Assembly: GCA_964106915.2 (NCBI GenBank)
Contig: OZ066918.1
Direction: 5' to 3' (one strand)
Source: Podarcis gaigeae
Taxonomy: Eukaryota
DNA: 64,000 nt
The notes under the pieces were generated by a model. It worked only from the letters and a program-made list of their open reading frames with translations, searched no databases and was not told where the DNA came from. Below, one piece after another: positions 50,736 to 64,000 of this stretch (positions are counted from its first letter, which is position 1; each line of letters begins with the position of its first letter). The position numbers and the translations under genes were made by a program.

Positions 50736-50867
50736 AGGGGTGGCCAACATGGTGCCCTTCTGGCATTTTGGACTACAACTGCCATCATCCCCAGCTAGCC
50801 TGGCCAGTGGTAAGGGATGGTGGTAATTGTCCACAACATCTGGAGGGCACCACATTGACTATCTGTG
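50736..50867. mobile_element. Short hAT-like non-autonomous element
   Basis: aggggtggccaacatggtgccc ... gggcaccacattgactatc inverted ends. Core ggactacaactgccatcatcccc. Confidence 0.6.
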
Positions 50868-51020
50868 AATTATATTCACCTCTGTTCATTAAACATTTAA
50901 CCTGTACTTCTGAAGTTGCTTGTATAGTATACTCCGTTCCTTTCCATTTTCCTCTCCACCACCAACACCAAAACCCTGTACTCATAGGTCTCCTATATAT
51001 TTTCATTCATTGACCTATAA

Positions 51021-51022
<2 letters not shown>

Positions 51023-51052
<30 letters not shown>
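51023..51052. repeat. (GT)15 microsatellite
   Basis: Direct inspection. Confidence 0.97.
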
Positions 51053-51053
<1 letters not shown>

Positions 51054-52364
51054 GGCTTTTGATAGGAATCACACAAGGCTTACCTTGTCCTATACTTTGC
51101 TTCTAAGTAATTTAGATATGGGATGAGTAGCATGTGCATTGTTAACATTTAAAATTAGATAATGGGGTAAAGGCAGTAAATGTGGTAGGTCAAATGAGAT
51201 CAAAATGGATGCTGGGTGGAGAGAGTGATCTTATAGCTTTCAAATATATTTTCTAAATCATATTAAGTCACATTAAGACATCATCTGCACAATCCAGTCT
51301 CTCATATTTCAGTGGTTGTCACAATTGGTTGAACAGAAGAGTCATCCGTTTGTGGGTCTTCACTGTGAATGAGTAATTTTAGGTAGAAAGGGACCTGATG
51401 CAGTAACTTAGAATTTTATGAGTTGTATCAAATGCTACACCTATTCAGTGTAAACCTACCGAGGCTAATGGACATGATTAACTTAAGCCTATTATATTCA
51501 ATGGGTCTACTCTAAGCAGGACTCAGATACAATCCTATACTTTTACAACTCACTTTTTTACTCTTTGGCTAGTTCATACTTTGGGACTTACAAGCAAAGG
51601 TGGCTTTTAGGCAATCCGATATTTAATTCATGCCCCTGCTTTATTAGTTAGGAATCTTGAGGCTTAGCAATAAATACAATCCGCATTTCTCCACTTTGTT
51701 TCATTTGTTTCTCTTGGGATAGGCCTTGAGCATCTGAACTTTATTAAAAGCCGCCTCTTTTATCCTTCTTATTCAGTTCTGCCTGTTCTAAGCACTGCTT
51801 CTGTTCCACCAAGGTTTTCCTCCCTAAAGGTTTCTCTGACCATTTGACTACAGCAGCTGCAACTTCTGTCTCTTTTCCTCCATCAGGTGCCAACAGCAGA
51901 ATTTGGTCATGCAGCCACTAGGAGTTAATTACTGACTGGATACAGCAGCCAAGTTTGAGGCCAGTCAGAATGAGATTTTTTTTTTTACCCCGTCTTGCCT
52001 TTCTTTAATACTTTCACATTCCTGCATATTCGCTCCCTCTGTTGATGTGTCCTAATCTCATAGTTGGGATTTTCTATGAGTTGGTGAGAATTGGTATTGT
52101 GTATTTAAGTATGATTGGATTTCTTATAATCACCAGAGTACCAGTCCAATCAACCTTCTTTATGATGGGCAAGATCTCCCTTATAATCATAATATCCTGA
52201 GTGTCTTCAGCACCTACAAATACTGGTAGAAAAGCAGAGGAAACAAAACAGCCCGCATAGCCACACTTTTATTTCGCCTTGAGGGGGGATGGACTTCCAG
52301 AACAGATAGCAGAGCTGATCTGGTAGATTCTGTTCGTTAGAGAAGCCATTTCCTTCCAAGTGTG

Positions 52365-52530
52365 AGAGCTACAATTTCCAGAGTGGTTTAACCACCAATC
52401 CTCCCAGGGAATTCTGGGAATTGTAGCTCTGTGAAGGGAATAGTGGTCTCCTAACAACTCTCAGTACCCTCAACAAACTACAGTTCCCAGGATTCTTTTG
52501 GCAAAGCCATGACTGTTTAAAGCATTATGA
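52365..52530. mobile_element. Squamate non-autonomous DNA element (gagctacaatt.ccag family)
   Basis: Homologous to 33850-34050. Confidence 0.65.
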
Positions 52531-55099
52531 TAGTCCAGTTTACTCCAGATCACCCCATTCTGTGGTCATGAAGCTGCAGGTTGTTACACCAATGGATTGT
52601 TTGAAATAGTGTTTTTCCCTACACCGCATCCCTAATTCATCCATGTGAACTACTGCAATATTTAAAAGCAGATTTATTCCCACCAATGAAGTAAAACTTC
52701 CAGGTATGAAAATAAAAGAAAAATTATTGAGTTTCTATGGTTTTAATATTACCCTCATATCAAAGCTAATTGCAAAAATGTTGTACTTCTTCTAGAGTCA
52801 TATACAGGCTAATAAAAGATAATGATGCCCCATTTCTCAGTCAACTAACTTTGTTGCTTTCCATTGAAGTTACTATTTTTTTGGTGTTTGAGGGCTGGAC
52901 AGAAGCTAGTAAGCTACTTATTGTGATAAGAATTTATAGGAATGTTACCATTTTTCTAAATGGCATGAAGCTCTAATCTATCCCCTAAATTCCCTAAATC
53001 ATTTCACACTGATGGGCAGAATTTCTGTGAAGCAAGGAACTTGAATGGGTTTTGGGAACTGGTGCTGGTACTTTAGTGACCTTTGACCTATAAGGTCTTC
53101 TCTTTACCATACATACTGCATTGCTTTTAGGTAAGAAGAAAGCCTGTAAATCCAGTCACAAGGCTTACAGAGATTCACTTGAAGACTTGAGGGTGCCCTG
53201 GTTTTGCTTAAAATGATTTCTATGAAGCTGTATCCCTCATTGTGCAGTATTGAAAATGATTAACTGTGATTAATCCTGCTCATGCTGGGAAAAGCTGTCT
53301 GAATGCCCCTGTCACCCATGAATTTGTTGGAGTTTGTGTTATTTTTGTATAACGTAAGTAGTTAAGAACTGCAGCAGACAGGAAATAGAATGCAAAGTTT
53401 GGATTAAATAATTTTATAGTCTATTAGAATATTACAGGGATTATATGGGGGTAGGGAGAGATCAAATAAATTATAGCATTTGATAGCCAGAATATTAATA
53501 TACACTGTGAGTGGGCTCTATAAAAAAAGATATTCCACTCAACTCTGATTTGAATGACAAATTGCCCACCTTAGTTTCTATTTGAAGGCTATCCTCGTAG
53601 CAAATATTCATTTTGCTAGCTTTTATAAATGATAAGTACGTTGTCCTAGAGATTTCTGTATCCTCCTCCTCTACCCTTCCTGAAGTGTACAGTGGGTCAG
53701 GCCTCCTCAATCATTCTGTCAGGTACATTGCTGTTAAGGAACAAACACTACTATCCACTGTTTCCCCTTGATGCTGATTTAGACTTGGAGTCCATTCTTT
53801 GAACTCATGACTTTGGAAGCAATTTTGTTTTTCTTTATCTGTTGGTATAATGCTCTCACACTATGCGCAAAAATATACATAGCTGAAAAGGAGAGTGGCG
53901 TGGAATACCAAATAAACTTTAGTTCTTTTTAAATTAAAAAGAAATAAGTAAATGTCATCTTTTTGTGGGGGGTCAACAATTCCATTACAGGATAATTACA
54001 AATGCTTTGACTGTCTGGAAAGAGGCTGAGAAGAGGCAGTTAAGGAACATTGCATCCAATTTCTGATTGTGGCCTGGCAGACCAAGCAATAGACGGGTGG
54101 CCCTTTAAAGCAGCACACACGGCAACTGGCACTGTGCAACTGGATAGGGCGTCCCTCATATAGAGAATGAGCAATGGCTGTCAGATGGAAATGGTTATGT
54201 GAACAGAATGGCACACTAGCCATCTGCTCATAGTTTCTTTCTTGCTATCAAAATCCACAGGACAGAAACAAGAGGTGATGCTATTTTTCAACACAAAGCT
54301 ACGGAAACAGTGGGATATAGAAGGAGATGGCCCTTCGAGACTCCAAACTTTTAAGAAGTTCCAGCCTTTTATGCTGAAAAAAACAATGGGCACTCTAACA
54401 CTGCTTTAAGGAGCTATCCAATGAAAGTTGGGACTAGCACAGCAATCCTATACACACTTTTACCTGGGAGTGAATCTCAATGGGATGCACTTTTGAGTAG
54501 ACACAAGTAGGATTTTGCTGTATACTTACTGGGGAGTAAGCCCAATGAATGCAGTAAAAATGCATTAGAATTTTGCTAAACATCTCATTGGTTTCATTGG
54601 AGTTGCTTCACAACAATAAGGATTTTGATTAATTTTTAATGAAGCTGCCTGCCCGTACCATTAAATTATAGCATCCTGCAGTGAACTGCATGACCCAGGA
54701 GCTCAGCAAAAACAGGAGCCACAATTTCTGTGAAATTGAAACTTGAATCAGCCTGGTACTATGCACACTTACTTCAGAGCAAGCCCTGTGGAACCCAGTG
54801 AACTGAACATTTGCTATGTATGGCAAAAGCCAAAGTTCTGTGAAATTTGCTCAATGAATAATTTACAACTGGATTCTTGGCCCTGATTGAGGAATCGGTA
54901 AATAAAAATAGTGTGCATGCTTTTGTTGGAAAGCGGATCATAAACATCCATGATGCTTTTGAAGAGCACTTTTCTGAGAAAACATGGAGAAGGAGTAGGA
55001 TGATTCCAAGCTCACTATTAAGATGTAAGTTACTCTGCCCTTGACAGCACATGAGACATTGGTTCAGAGAGTACAGGACATTTGTTTGGTTATCATATC

Positions 55100-55862
55100 T
55101 AAGTCGTGTGATAGCCTACTTAGTACCTCCATCAGTACTACTAAGGGTCTTTAAAGTGTCTGGGAGAAAGATGTGGGTGTAGAGAATGACAATGCAGTGT
55201 GGAATAGAATCTACAATTGGAAACCTTTCAGGTCTGTCTCTGCACAAGTCATAGAAAATTTCCTTAAATTATTGCAACAGTGCACCTGGTGGGCAAGGGT
55301 CTCATTGATGCTGAAGAGGGTGTCCAGCTAGAGGTACTACGTACATCTTTGGTGGGAATGTGTCCAGCTAGAGGTACTACGTACATCTTTGGTGGGAATG
55401 TGTCCAGCTAGAGGTACTACGTACATCTTTGGTGGGAATGTGTGAAAGTGAAGACTTTTGGGAAGAGAGTACTTTGAGAAATGGAGATCATCAAGAGGGG
55501 GGGCAGGCCATGGGCTGTGCCTGTTATCTATAGTCATGGATGAGAATAAGAGAACTTTATGTAAGATACTGGTTTTGCTTATGATTGTGGCAACTAGGCC
55601 TGTTGCAACACAATGCTGGAAATATGAATGCTGCATGTCCATTGACTCTCTGCTCTGCCTCCGATGGAAAATCTTACACAGCATCAGCATGTTATTTGAG
55701 GTCTTAAAAGCTTGAACTGAACATTTAGACTCCTCTGACATGCAGCATAACCCATAAAACAGAGAGCAGAAGCTGTCTAGTACTGGTTGACAGACAATGT
55801 TTAAATTTTCAGTTTATAAGTTTTCAAAATAATAATTAACTGATAAAAGTTTAAATAAAAGA
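55100..55862 (+). mobile_element. Decayed L1-type LINE ORF2 C-terminus and 3' end
   Basis: From 55161 reads WEKDVGVENDNAVWNRIYNWKPFRSVSAQVIENFLKLLQ, then a frameshifted zinc knuckle C*RGCPARGT/VHLWWECVKVKTF, then LCLLSIV...LLMIVATR...QCWK. AATAAA near 55855. Confidence 0.8.
55320..55443. repeat. Perfect 40-bp tandem repeat, 3.1 copies
   Basis: TGTCCAGCTAGAGGTACTACGTACATCTTTGGTGGGAATG at 55321, 55361 and 55401. Confidence 0.98.
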
Positions 55863-56284
55863 ACAGATACTCCAACAATGCTGTGAGATTCTTTGCTGTT
55901 TTCCCACAATAGTCTAACAAAGCACGACTACTTGAATTTGAACATTAAAATGAACTATTTATAGATTCAAATTTCACTTTATTTGTTTATTTAGTGAGAT
56001 TAGACATTATTAAACTTTTGACTTAAAAAGGAGGGAAAGCATATCCTATTCACAGTCTAGACTCTTAATATGATACTTTAATAGTTTGTATAGAATAAAG
56101 CTAGCAAAGGGATAAGCGGAATGTTGAAGCTGACACGAGCTAGCAATAAAGCCTAAATTCCTTATATCCTCCTTTACCAATTATGGTAACTCTTATACTG
56201 CAGGATTCTTACATTCTGGGTCAGGGAAAGCACATACTACAGGTGAAGATTCCAACGTTGAATGCTTATTTCTAAAGGGAGGGA

Positions 56285-56817
56285 GGGGGAGCAACAACAG
56301 CTCTGTGACAGAACACCTGCTTTGCCTCCAGAAGATCCTATGTTCAAGGCCTGGTGTCTCTAGTTTACAACGATTAGAGATAAGGTCACAGGAAAGATCT
56401 CTGCTTGAGACCCTGGACAGCGGCTGTTACTTAGAGTAAACCTAAGGTGGGGAACATTTTCCAGGCAAAGGCCACATTCCATTCTAGGCAACTTTCCTAG
56501 GGCCACATGCCCATTGGGGGGGGGGGCAGAAGCAAAAGTGGGCAGAGCAACAAATGCAAATGCTACCTTTATACAGCAGGGTATTTTCTGCACACACATC
56601 CCTCTATCTTCCACCCAGGCAAGCAAGAGGCATTATCAGAGTTCAAGGACACAGTTCAGTCAGGCAAAATAACCTCATGTTGTAAAGCAGAACTGATGAA
56701 ATAGAGAAGCCTGGGCTATATTTGAACCCTGGCCCTGAGGTTCCTCCTCTCTGAAGCAAATAATATGGAGTTGGATGACCTTGTAGTATGGCCTGAAATA
56801 AAGCCGTTTCCTGCATT
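56285..56817 (+). mobile_element. Squam2-like SINE split by a nested hAT-type element (56442-56753)
   Basis: The SINE 5' half ends ...gagtaaac. hAT TIRs ctaaggtggggaac / gttcctcctctctg. The SINE 3' half resumes aagcaaataatatggagttggatgacc. Confidence 0.6.
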
Positions 56818-57460
56818 TACAAAAAGTTCTTGTCCAAACAATGGAAAAAGAGTTCTGGCCCAGTGCCACATGATATACCAGGTTTTATGTGTAAGCTCTT
56901 TTCTTTAAATGCAGGGTTAAATCTTCTGACTTTATCTTTGTCCTGAGTTTTAAATACCACCAGTTGGTACAGCCCCAATGCATTAGCCATATCCAGATGT
57001 TAAACTGTGATGCCCTTTGAGGTATGCACACAGCATCTGAAACAGTTGTCCTGTCAGTTCATGGAGCTGCTACTGTATGTGACATGGGACCAGGCTATGG
57101 AAAGGTTGCCTGCTCACTTGAATGCTAGGACTATCCTCTATCAAAGGCAACTATCTCATCCCATAATGATCCACACACAGTGTTCCTCTCTAACAGTGCA
57201 GGGTGCACCAAGGTAGGAGAGTCAACAGTGGATGTCGTGCAAGGCCTGTGTTCCACACCTGACCTCTATCCAGTTGCTTGCTGCAGCATATTAGGATGAA
57301 GAAGGGGAGGGGGCACAGCAGCAGTGAGGTCAGTGTGGTACAAACACGCTGGTAGAGGCAGCCAGCACATTAACACTGCGCTGACTTTGGTATGCCCCTC
57401 CCTCCTTCTGTCCCAGTATGCTGCAGTGACTCAGCCAGACTCAGCCCCACTGTCACATCC

Positions 57461-57645
57461 GCTGCTGGGCAGAGCACATGCTTTATGTGCAGAAGGTCCC
57501 AGGTTCAATCCCTGGCATCTCCAAGCAAGGTGGAGAAAGGCTTCTTCCTTGAACCCTGGAGAGCTGCTGCCTGTCAGTGTAGGTAATATTGAGCTGGATG
57601 GCTCAGTAGTCTGATTTAGTAGAAGACAGCTTCTTTATGTCCCTA
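57461..57645 (+). mobile_element. Squam2-like SINE
   Basis: agagcacatgctttatgtgcagaaggtcccaggttcaatccctggcatctcc...ccctggagagctgctgcctgtcagtgtag...cagcttctttatgtccct. Confidence 0.8.
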
Positions 57646-59585
57646 ATAAGCCTCGCTCTGAAAATATTTCAAGAGTTTGAAGGTTTTCATACTGATATTG
57701 TAGCATTTTAATTATGTATTTCCCTGCCCCTCCCCTCTGATTAGCTATTGTGCTTGCACAAAACCTTCCAACTTGGTTTAGAAAAATGCTGGTAGTAAAA
57801 GATGTTGCCTAGTACACATGAAAAAATCTGTCTGTGCAACCCAGTCCTTGTCTGTGTTTCTCAGTTGCCTCCACTCAGAGGCATTCTGCATGAGACATTA
57901 ACCTTACATTCGCTATCCAGAGCTATTAATTTCACTTGACTTCGTGTCTTAAGGTTAAAATCATTAATCAGAGTTTCTATCATTAGCTCACTTTCCTCTT
58001 CTATTAAGTGATTGTGATCACTTACTATTAATGAGTCATGAAGTTTTAATAAATGTTTCTTAGTGCGAGATTGCTAAACAGTAATTATGACACACAAGGT
58101 ATGGATGGTTTCCCCCTCAATGTAAATTTTTGCCTTATGTTGATTAAAGAAAACCAGAAAACAACTTGTGGTTTTGAGGTGTCCATCTCTACCATTTTTA
58201 TAGGCAATTAAAAAAAAATCTAACACATATCTATTCTTTCATTATTGGTAGATCTGTTGTATATATGGATCTTTATGAATAAGTGTTCTGGTTGTGTGTG
58301 GTTTACATAAAATGATTCCAAGCCAAAGAGGCTGATTACAAAGCCCACAATTAAAATATGTAATAGCAAAATCCCATGCATACGTACTTAGAAGTATGTC
58401 CCATTGTTTTCACTGGGGTTTATTCCCAGATGTGTATAGAATCTGGTGTTTTATACATTTAGGACATTTATATACTGCTTAATCATTAGCATTTCTAAAT
58501 GATGGACATAATAATAAACCATACAGAGAATAAAACTCTAAAATGTCATCATAAAGCCAAAATGCCTGCTGGAATAAGAAAATCTTTGACCTATTCCCGA
58601 AGTTTTGCAAGAAGGCTGCCTGCCTAATTACAGCCTAACTCTTCTTGGACTTTTATTTCTTTTGCAACTGTAGGTGGGCAACAAGATTAATCTTCACCTT
58701 TCCGTTCTAATACCAAAACAGCATAGCAGTAGTCATGCCATAAAAGTCATGTTTGCATATATGGCTTAGATTCCACCCCCCGCCCCAAAGAAAAATATCA
58801 TGAGACAACCAACGCCACATGCATTGCTCTGTCTTGGCTGGTTCTTCTGTGTTTAATTGACTGTTTAACACACAACTGCCACCTTTGCACCCATTTAACC
58901 ATAGGATATATAAATGTGATATAAAAAGAAGCTAACCTGGACCATGAAACAATGTGAAAGGTGCATTAGGAAAACCTAATTTGTGCTGTTTGTAGCTATA
59001 CTCCAGCTTATATTTATACCAATATTGGTACTGTGTCTCATTAGCAGTCCACATTTTATTAGGACCATTACGCAGGCATTTATTGATGCATAGGAGCCAA
59101 ATGATCTGGACGGAACAAATGGTAGAAAGGGCTATAATTGTGTCCAGATGGATTCACTAGTATCTTTGAAGACATTATGAGTACTGTGACTGCTGGAGAA
59201 TTTGCATTTTGACAGTCTGGTAGAACAGTCTGATAGAAGCTGTATTTCTAATGTCTGACCTCAAATTGTGTCTTTTGATTAACCCAAACTTAGCTTTTCT
59301 TATCTCTGGAAAGGTCTCACATCCACAGAATCACTACTTTGAAAACTTCTCTTTCAGAGTCAAATGTATAACTTGTCTCATATGATATTGGCCATTGGCA
59401 AGAATTATTTATACTACCAGTTGTCATAATCCCTTTCAGAGGACCAGTGAATATGTGGAGGGATTGAGGTCCTTGGGATCATGACCCACTCCTGGCTTTC
59501 ATGCATTCATCTGCTCTTTCAGATGTGAAACATGTATGCATGAAGGCTCTTCTCCCCATGCAACTTGGTGCCCTGAAAATGCAGA

Positions 59586-59587
<2 letters not shown>

Positions 59588-59662
<75 letters not shown>
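59588..59662. repeat. Compound (AC)14(AG)n microsatellite
   Basis: Direct inspection. Confidence 0.97.
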
Positions 59663-59669
<7 letters not shown>

Positions 59670-60619
59670 CCTACATGTGCACAAGTTGTATATACATGGG
59701 CTCTGTTCAGAGAACCAGGTGGGGAAGCAGGAAGCACTGACGTGAACCTGACCGCTGCCCTACACATTCACTGGTCCTCTAAAAAGCACCTATGCTGTCT
59801 GGAATCTCAACTCAGCTTGTTTTCAAAGGTCTGAGGAACTGCTGGCTGTGATCTAAGCAAAGTAAAGCAAGTCACACTGAAGAAGGAGTTGCTGGTGATG
59901 CCTAATTAGTTGTAGAAGGGAAAATCATCTTTTGACCCAATTCATGTGACTGCAATCATGGGTTACAATGCAATGTGGATGGAGCCCACTCCATATTTCA
60001 TCAGGCAAAATGGGTTCGGTAATTTGGCCCTGGAAGTCAGATGGTATTCACCTACTACACCATTGGCAGGTCCTTAAAACTTATTCCTATATATATTTCT
60101 GATACAGAGAGATACTGCATAGAACTGAAAATCTGTATGCTGTCTGCATTCCTTCCTTTAAAGGATGCCAAGTGTCATAGTTCAGAGATTTTGGATGTGT
60201 TTCCTTTGTGCCTGGGATAGCAAAAGCCAAATACTGCTAGTCTCATTATCCCAGCTAGATAGGCGATTCAGAAGCTCTTGGAAGAAGTAGGAGAAATCTA
60301 TAAAGTTTATTATCATTCTACAGACTGTCTCATGTTGGCAGAGTTCAGTATGAAACAATATTAACACTTTCAGTCAAAAACTTCTTTGGCAACTAAGGAA
60401 GGGCATACATTTAGCACATCCTATGCACATTTAAAGCAGATGACATCCCCCAAAGAATCCTGGGAATTTTAGTTTCCCCCTCAAAGAGCTACAGTTTCCC
60501 AGCATCCTTAACAAAACTTAGTTCCCAGGGTTCTTTGAGCAAGGTTCTTTGCTCTAAGTACGTTTTGCGGATTTTCTCAAAGATTCAACATAACTGATTT
60601 CTGAGAGAGGATCAAAGGA

Positions 60620-60972
60620 GGGGAGGGGTCTGGAGGCCAATTCAGAAGAGAAAAGAATTAAGGAGTTTGGGTATGTTTAGCCAGGAGGCGAGAAGAGATG
60701 ATACTGTCACATAGTTGATGGAGCAAATTTGTTCCCTGTGCTTCCAGAGGTTAAGATCTGAACTAATAGGTGCAAATGGAGGATTTATAAGGAAGAACTT
60801 CCTGATGACACAGGCTGCTCAATAGTAGATCAGACTGCTTCAAGAGATGATGGATGCTTCTTAACTTTCCACCTATCTGATTGCCACCTGTCTGGGATGC
60901 TATAGCAATAGATTGCCTGCATCAACAGGGGTTGCTGACCTTTGGGATCCTTTCCATCTCTGTGATTAGAAT
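60620..60972 (+). mobile_element. CR1 LINE 3' end, decayed
   Basis: RIKEFGYV / LKELGMFS-like aaagaattaaggagtttgggtatgtttagcc, ataaggaagaacttcctga, and the terminal cctttccatctctgtgattaga. Confidence 0.75.
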
Positions 60973-62363
60973 ACAGGCAGCATGCTTGCACACTGTCCCA
61001 TGTCAAACTCCCTACCAATAGAAAGGAAGAAAGGTTCTAATGTAGTACTTTCTCTATGCTAGTTTAGTTTTCTGTATGCACCAAGCAAAATGGCACCAGG
61101 GCACAAGTAAGATAGGATTGGATCCAAGAACACCTGGCAGAAAGCAGGCAAATAGGCAAGCTATATTACAGTATAGTACATCCCTCCACGTGGATGCACC
61201 AGTTATCATAAATGTCACTTCCATCCGAGTGTTGCCCACTGACATCCCCACATCTTCCAAGTGATTACATGGGGATTTCCAAAAGTATGAACCCAACTAC
61301 ATTTAAGCCTTTCAGTTTAACAGTACACAGGTATTTAAGCAACAGCTGAACATTCACAGTGGATAAGCAGGATGCCATTCTATCCAAAGTAATCTTTATG
61401 CCAAAAAAGCATTAATAATGGTCATTTTTATCACTTTGGGTAGGGATGATTAACTGATTAGGCCAATATTGTCCTGTGACTATTGATTGTTTCCAATTAT
61501 CCTTTCTAGAAAAGCCTAGGTCCCAGCTTCCACTACTTTGCTGTAAGCAATATTGTGAAATCATAAATTCATAATTCTTATCTTTACTGTGCTGAACAAG
61601 TGTCTTTGTGTGCTTTTTACAAGGCCCTGCAAGGCTGTACGTTTTGCATTTCATCACTCTCTAGGTACACCTTGGCTTTTAAAAAAATAATGTGAGGTTT
61701 TAAGCAAAGAGAAACACCATTTTAATTTGAAACAATAATGCAATACCAAGGGAGTTATGGCTGAAAGTTCATAACCATGTGTCTATCAGAGGTAATTTCA
61801 GTTTAATTGCATCTAAAATTGATGACCAGCTAACAAATAGAGAATACTCATGGCTTTATTTAAATATCCAAGGTCAGTTTATGTTTATGAGCAGCTTCCA
61901 AAAAGTGAGAAATGTGGGCTGGTGGATTCACCCCAGCTTGAATACTAGCGCACTGCAGCAGCTTTCCATTCCAGGGATCCCCATCTACCTCCACCAGTGA
62001 ATGCCAAATTACAATGGGCTTTTCCAGACAAGATAGCACCCTCTATAAAATCCTTCACAAGAAAAATCTCTTCTAGTTTGTTTTCTGGACCAGTTTCAGT
62101 TGCATCTATGCTTGCAAGCCATTCAGTGCTTAAGTGGTCCTCAAAGGTTACAATGTCCATATAAGTTATAAGACATGATATGGTAACCTAGGACACAACA
62201 GGGCTTCCTGAATTAACTCCCTGTGTTAATGAGTGAAATGGCTGACCAAGCAAGAAAAGTGACTCCACAACACCATTGCAATAGCTACAACAGCTTCCCT
62301 TTTTATGTTATGAAGTGTTTTTCCTATCTTAGTGCCATCCACCAGTGGGAAAGGGCATATGAA

Positions 62364-62482
62364 ATTTCTAACATCTTCATAAACCACTTGGATTAAGGAA
62401 TTGAGGGGATGCCAATCAAATTTGCAGATTACACCAAACTGGGAGGGCTAGCTAATGCTGTAGAAGACAGAATCAGGATTCT
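62364..62482 (+). mobile_element. CR1 reverse transcriptase fragment
   Basis: NIFINHLD*GIEGMPIKFADYTKLGGLANAVEDRIRI matches the CR1 catalytic motif FNIFINDLD.G....L.KFADDTKLGG. Confidence 0.85.
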
Positions 62483-64000
62483 TGAACTTTGATCCTTAGA
62501 TACCAAATGGATTTCAGTTTTGGTAAGCTTCTGTCCTGTTCATCATTGAACCACCAGATTTTCAACACTATCCTGGTAAAGCCTGCTCCTGATGTTTTCC
62601 ATTTCCACCACATTCACTAAAGTTGGCTTTTTGACTTCCCCATAATGGAGAAGGGCTGTTGTTACTCTGACTACTAGTGACAATCTAAGCTTGACAACCA
62701 GCTGATATGGAGCCTTGATGGGCCATGTTTGAGTGACCAGCTGTAATTATGTACATGTTGAAAACACCATCTGACAACATGCTGAAGTACACTAATGCAT
62801 TGAAAACAATTGCCCTTAAGCAGAGCACTCTTCAAAATGAGGGACAAAATGAGGTATATAAAATCCCCTGGGAGGACCTTAGCTGTGAATATGAATTTAA
62901 GTGCACCTGAAGAGAAAAAACAGAAACAGGCTTGAGAATGAAAAGTGACATGAGTCTCTCCTTGTGTTTATTTAAATCTCCCACTTATAAAACTAGTGAC
63001 TATTTTACAATCTGCAAAGCCTCTTCACAAAATATCTCCGCCACCTTCTGTCAAACCTCTAGCAGAGGACAGAAACCTTTTGCACAAAGCCCTGTCCCTA
63101 CAGAACGCCAGGCATTGCTAGGGTTTTTATAAGTGACAGAGGGTGTTTATTACATGGGAAATCACCGTCTTTTCATAGGAAATTGGTCCCCTCGTGATTT
63201 ATGTGTGGATTATCTCCATGCCAAAGTAACAGAAGGCTGAATGCTCTGGTGATTTAAACTGTGTATATGTTGAACATTTGTGAGCTCAATGTTTGTGGTC
63301 AAAATGCCCTAGGATGGTGATGTTACAAGAAACCAGAGGAACAGATCCATTTAAAAATATTTATTATGAGGCAAATATCACCTTTTTGCAGGAAACTAAG
63401 GAGGAAAACGTTTAAGGAAACCTTTTGATGTTCATTCCAACTATAGCAATCAAAGCTTCATTTGAACAGGCACAGTGAAATATGCCATAAATCAATAATC
63501 TGCATCATATGCTGACTGGAGGAGGGGATGTTATGTAAATATGGCCTGGACACTGACCATTTGGCAGAAGCAAGGAATTTGTTTGGGTGAAGGGGGTCCA
63601 TCAAATTAGCAGATTAGAGAGTATAATTTATGGAGAGAGACTGAGGTAAAATACAGTTCTGCCTTTGTTATCAATCCCCTATTCACTAGTCTTGTAAAAT
63701 ACAGTTCTTCACAGAATCACATTCTCCAGGATGATAATGTAGCCATGAATTGATAATAATCAAGTGGGAAAGGGAAAAAAACATAGGTTTTTTTCAGGGG
63801 AATCAAACTTGTAGAAGATGTACAGTATAATATCTGAGGAGTTAATACAGGCTAAGTTCATACCATACATTTAAAGCATATTTAAATGACAGTTCCCAAG
63901 AGTATTGGGAGGGGGGTTCAATGTGTGGTGTAGATGCAGCCCTAGGTGCTGCTCCTCAATATCTTTAGCAGCAAGCAGTCTAAATCACCTTCTTAAAGGT

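Noticed and set aside
55320-55443. 40-bp repeats as a CRISPR array
   Set aside because: Units are head-to-tail with no spacers, there are no cas genes, the context is eukaryotic, and they lie within an L1 remnant.
59499-59767. ORFs with SLSL/CVCV/ERER runs (also 7178..7360, 40451..40724, 50920..51126)
   Set aside because: Translation artefacts of microsatellites.
44000-64000. Exons of a neighbouring gene such as ATRNL1 (convergent with GFRA1 in mammals)
   Set aside because: No recognisable coding exon on either strand by eye. Only repeat remnants and unique non-coding DNA were found.

Overview
Vertebrate genomic DNA (AT-rich, CpG-poor, repeat-rich). The repeat content (a full-length Sauria/Squam1 SINE, young L2, RTE, CR1, L1, Tigger/Tc2, hAT and Harbinger-like MITEs) indicates a squamate reptile, probably a lacertid lizard. 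The only host gene is the 3' half of GFRA1 (GDNF family receptor alpha-1) on the + strand. Five coding exons were found: 1614-1723, 8937-9071, 12288-12466, 39915-39968 and 42377-42547. All have GT-AG boundaries with compatible phases, and a ~1.4 kb 3'UTR probably ends near AATAAA 43917. The last ~20 kb is intergenic. Almost all ORFs in the supplied track are spurious or transposon remnants. I found no wholly new gene system. The most interesting candidates are alternative 3' ends of GFRA1. One is an in-frame read-through of the 54-nt exon into the last intron that gives a GPI-signal-shaped hydrophobic tail with AATAAA overlapping its stop. The other is a strong cryptic exon inside the 27-kb intron, with its own stop and AATAAA, that would give a soluble or NMD-targeted product. 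Both are sequence-based hypotheses that need RNA evidence. Comparisons with human or chicken sequences and with repeat consensuses are from memory and were not computed.
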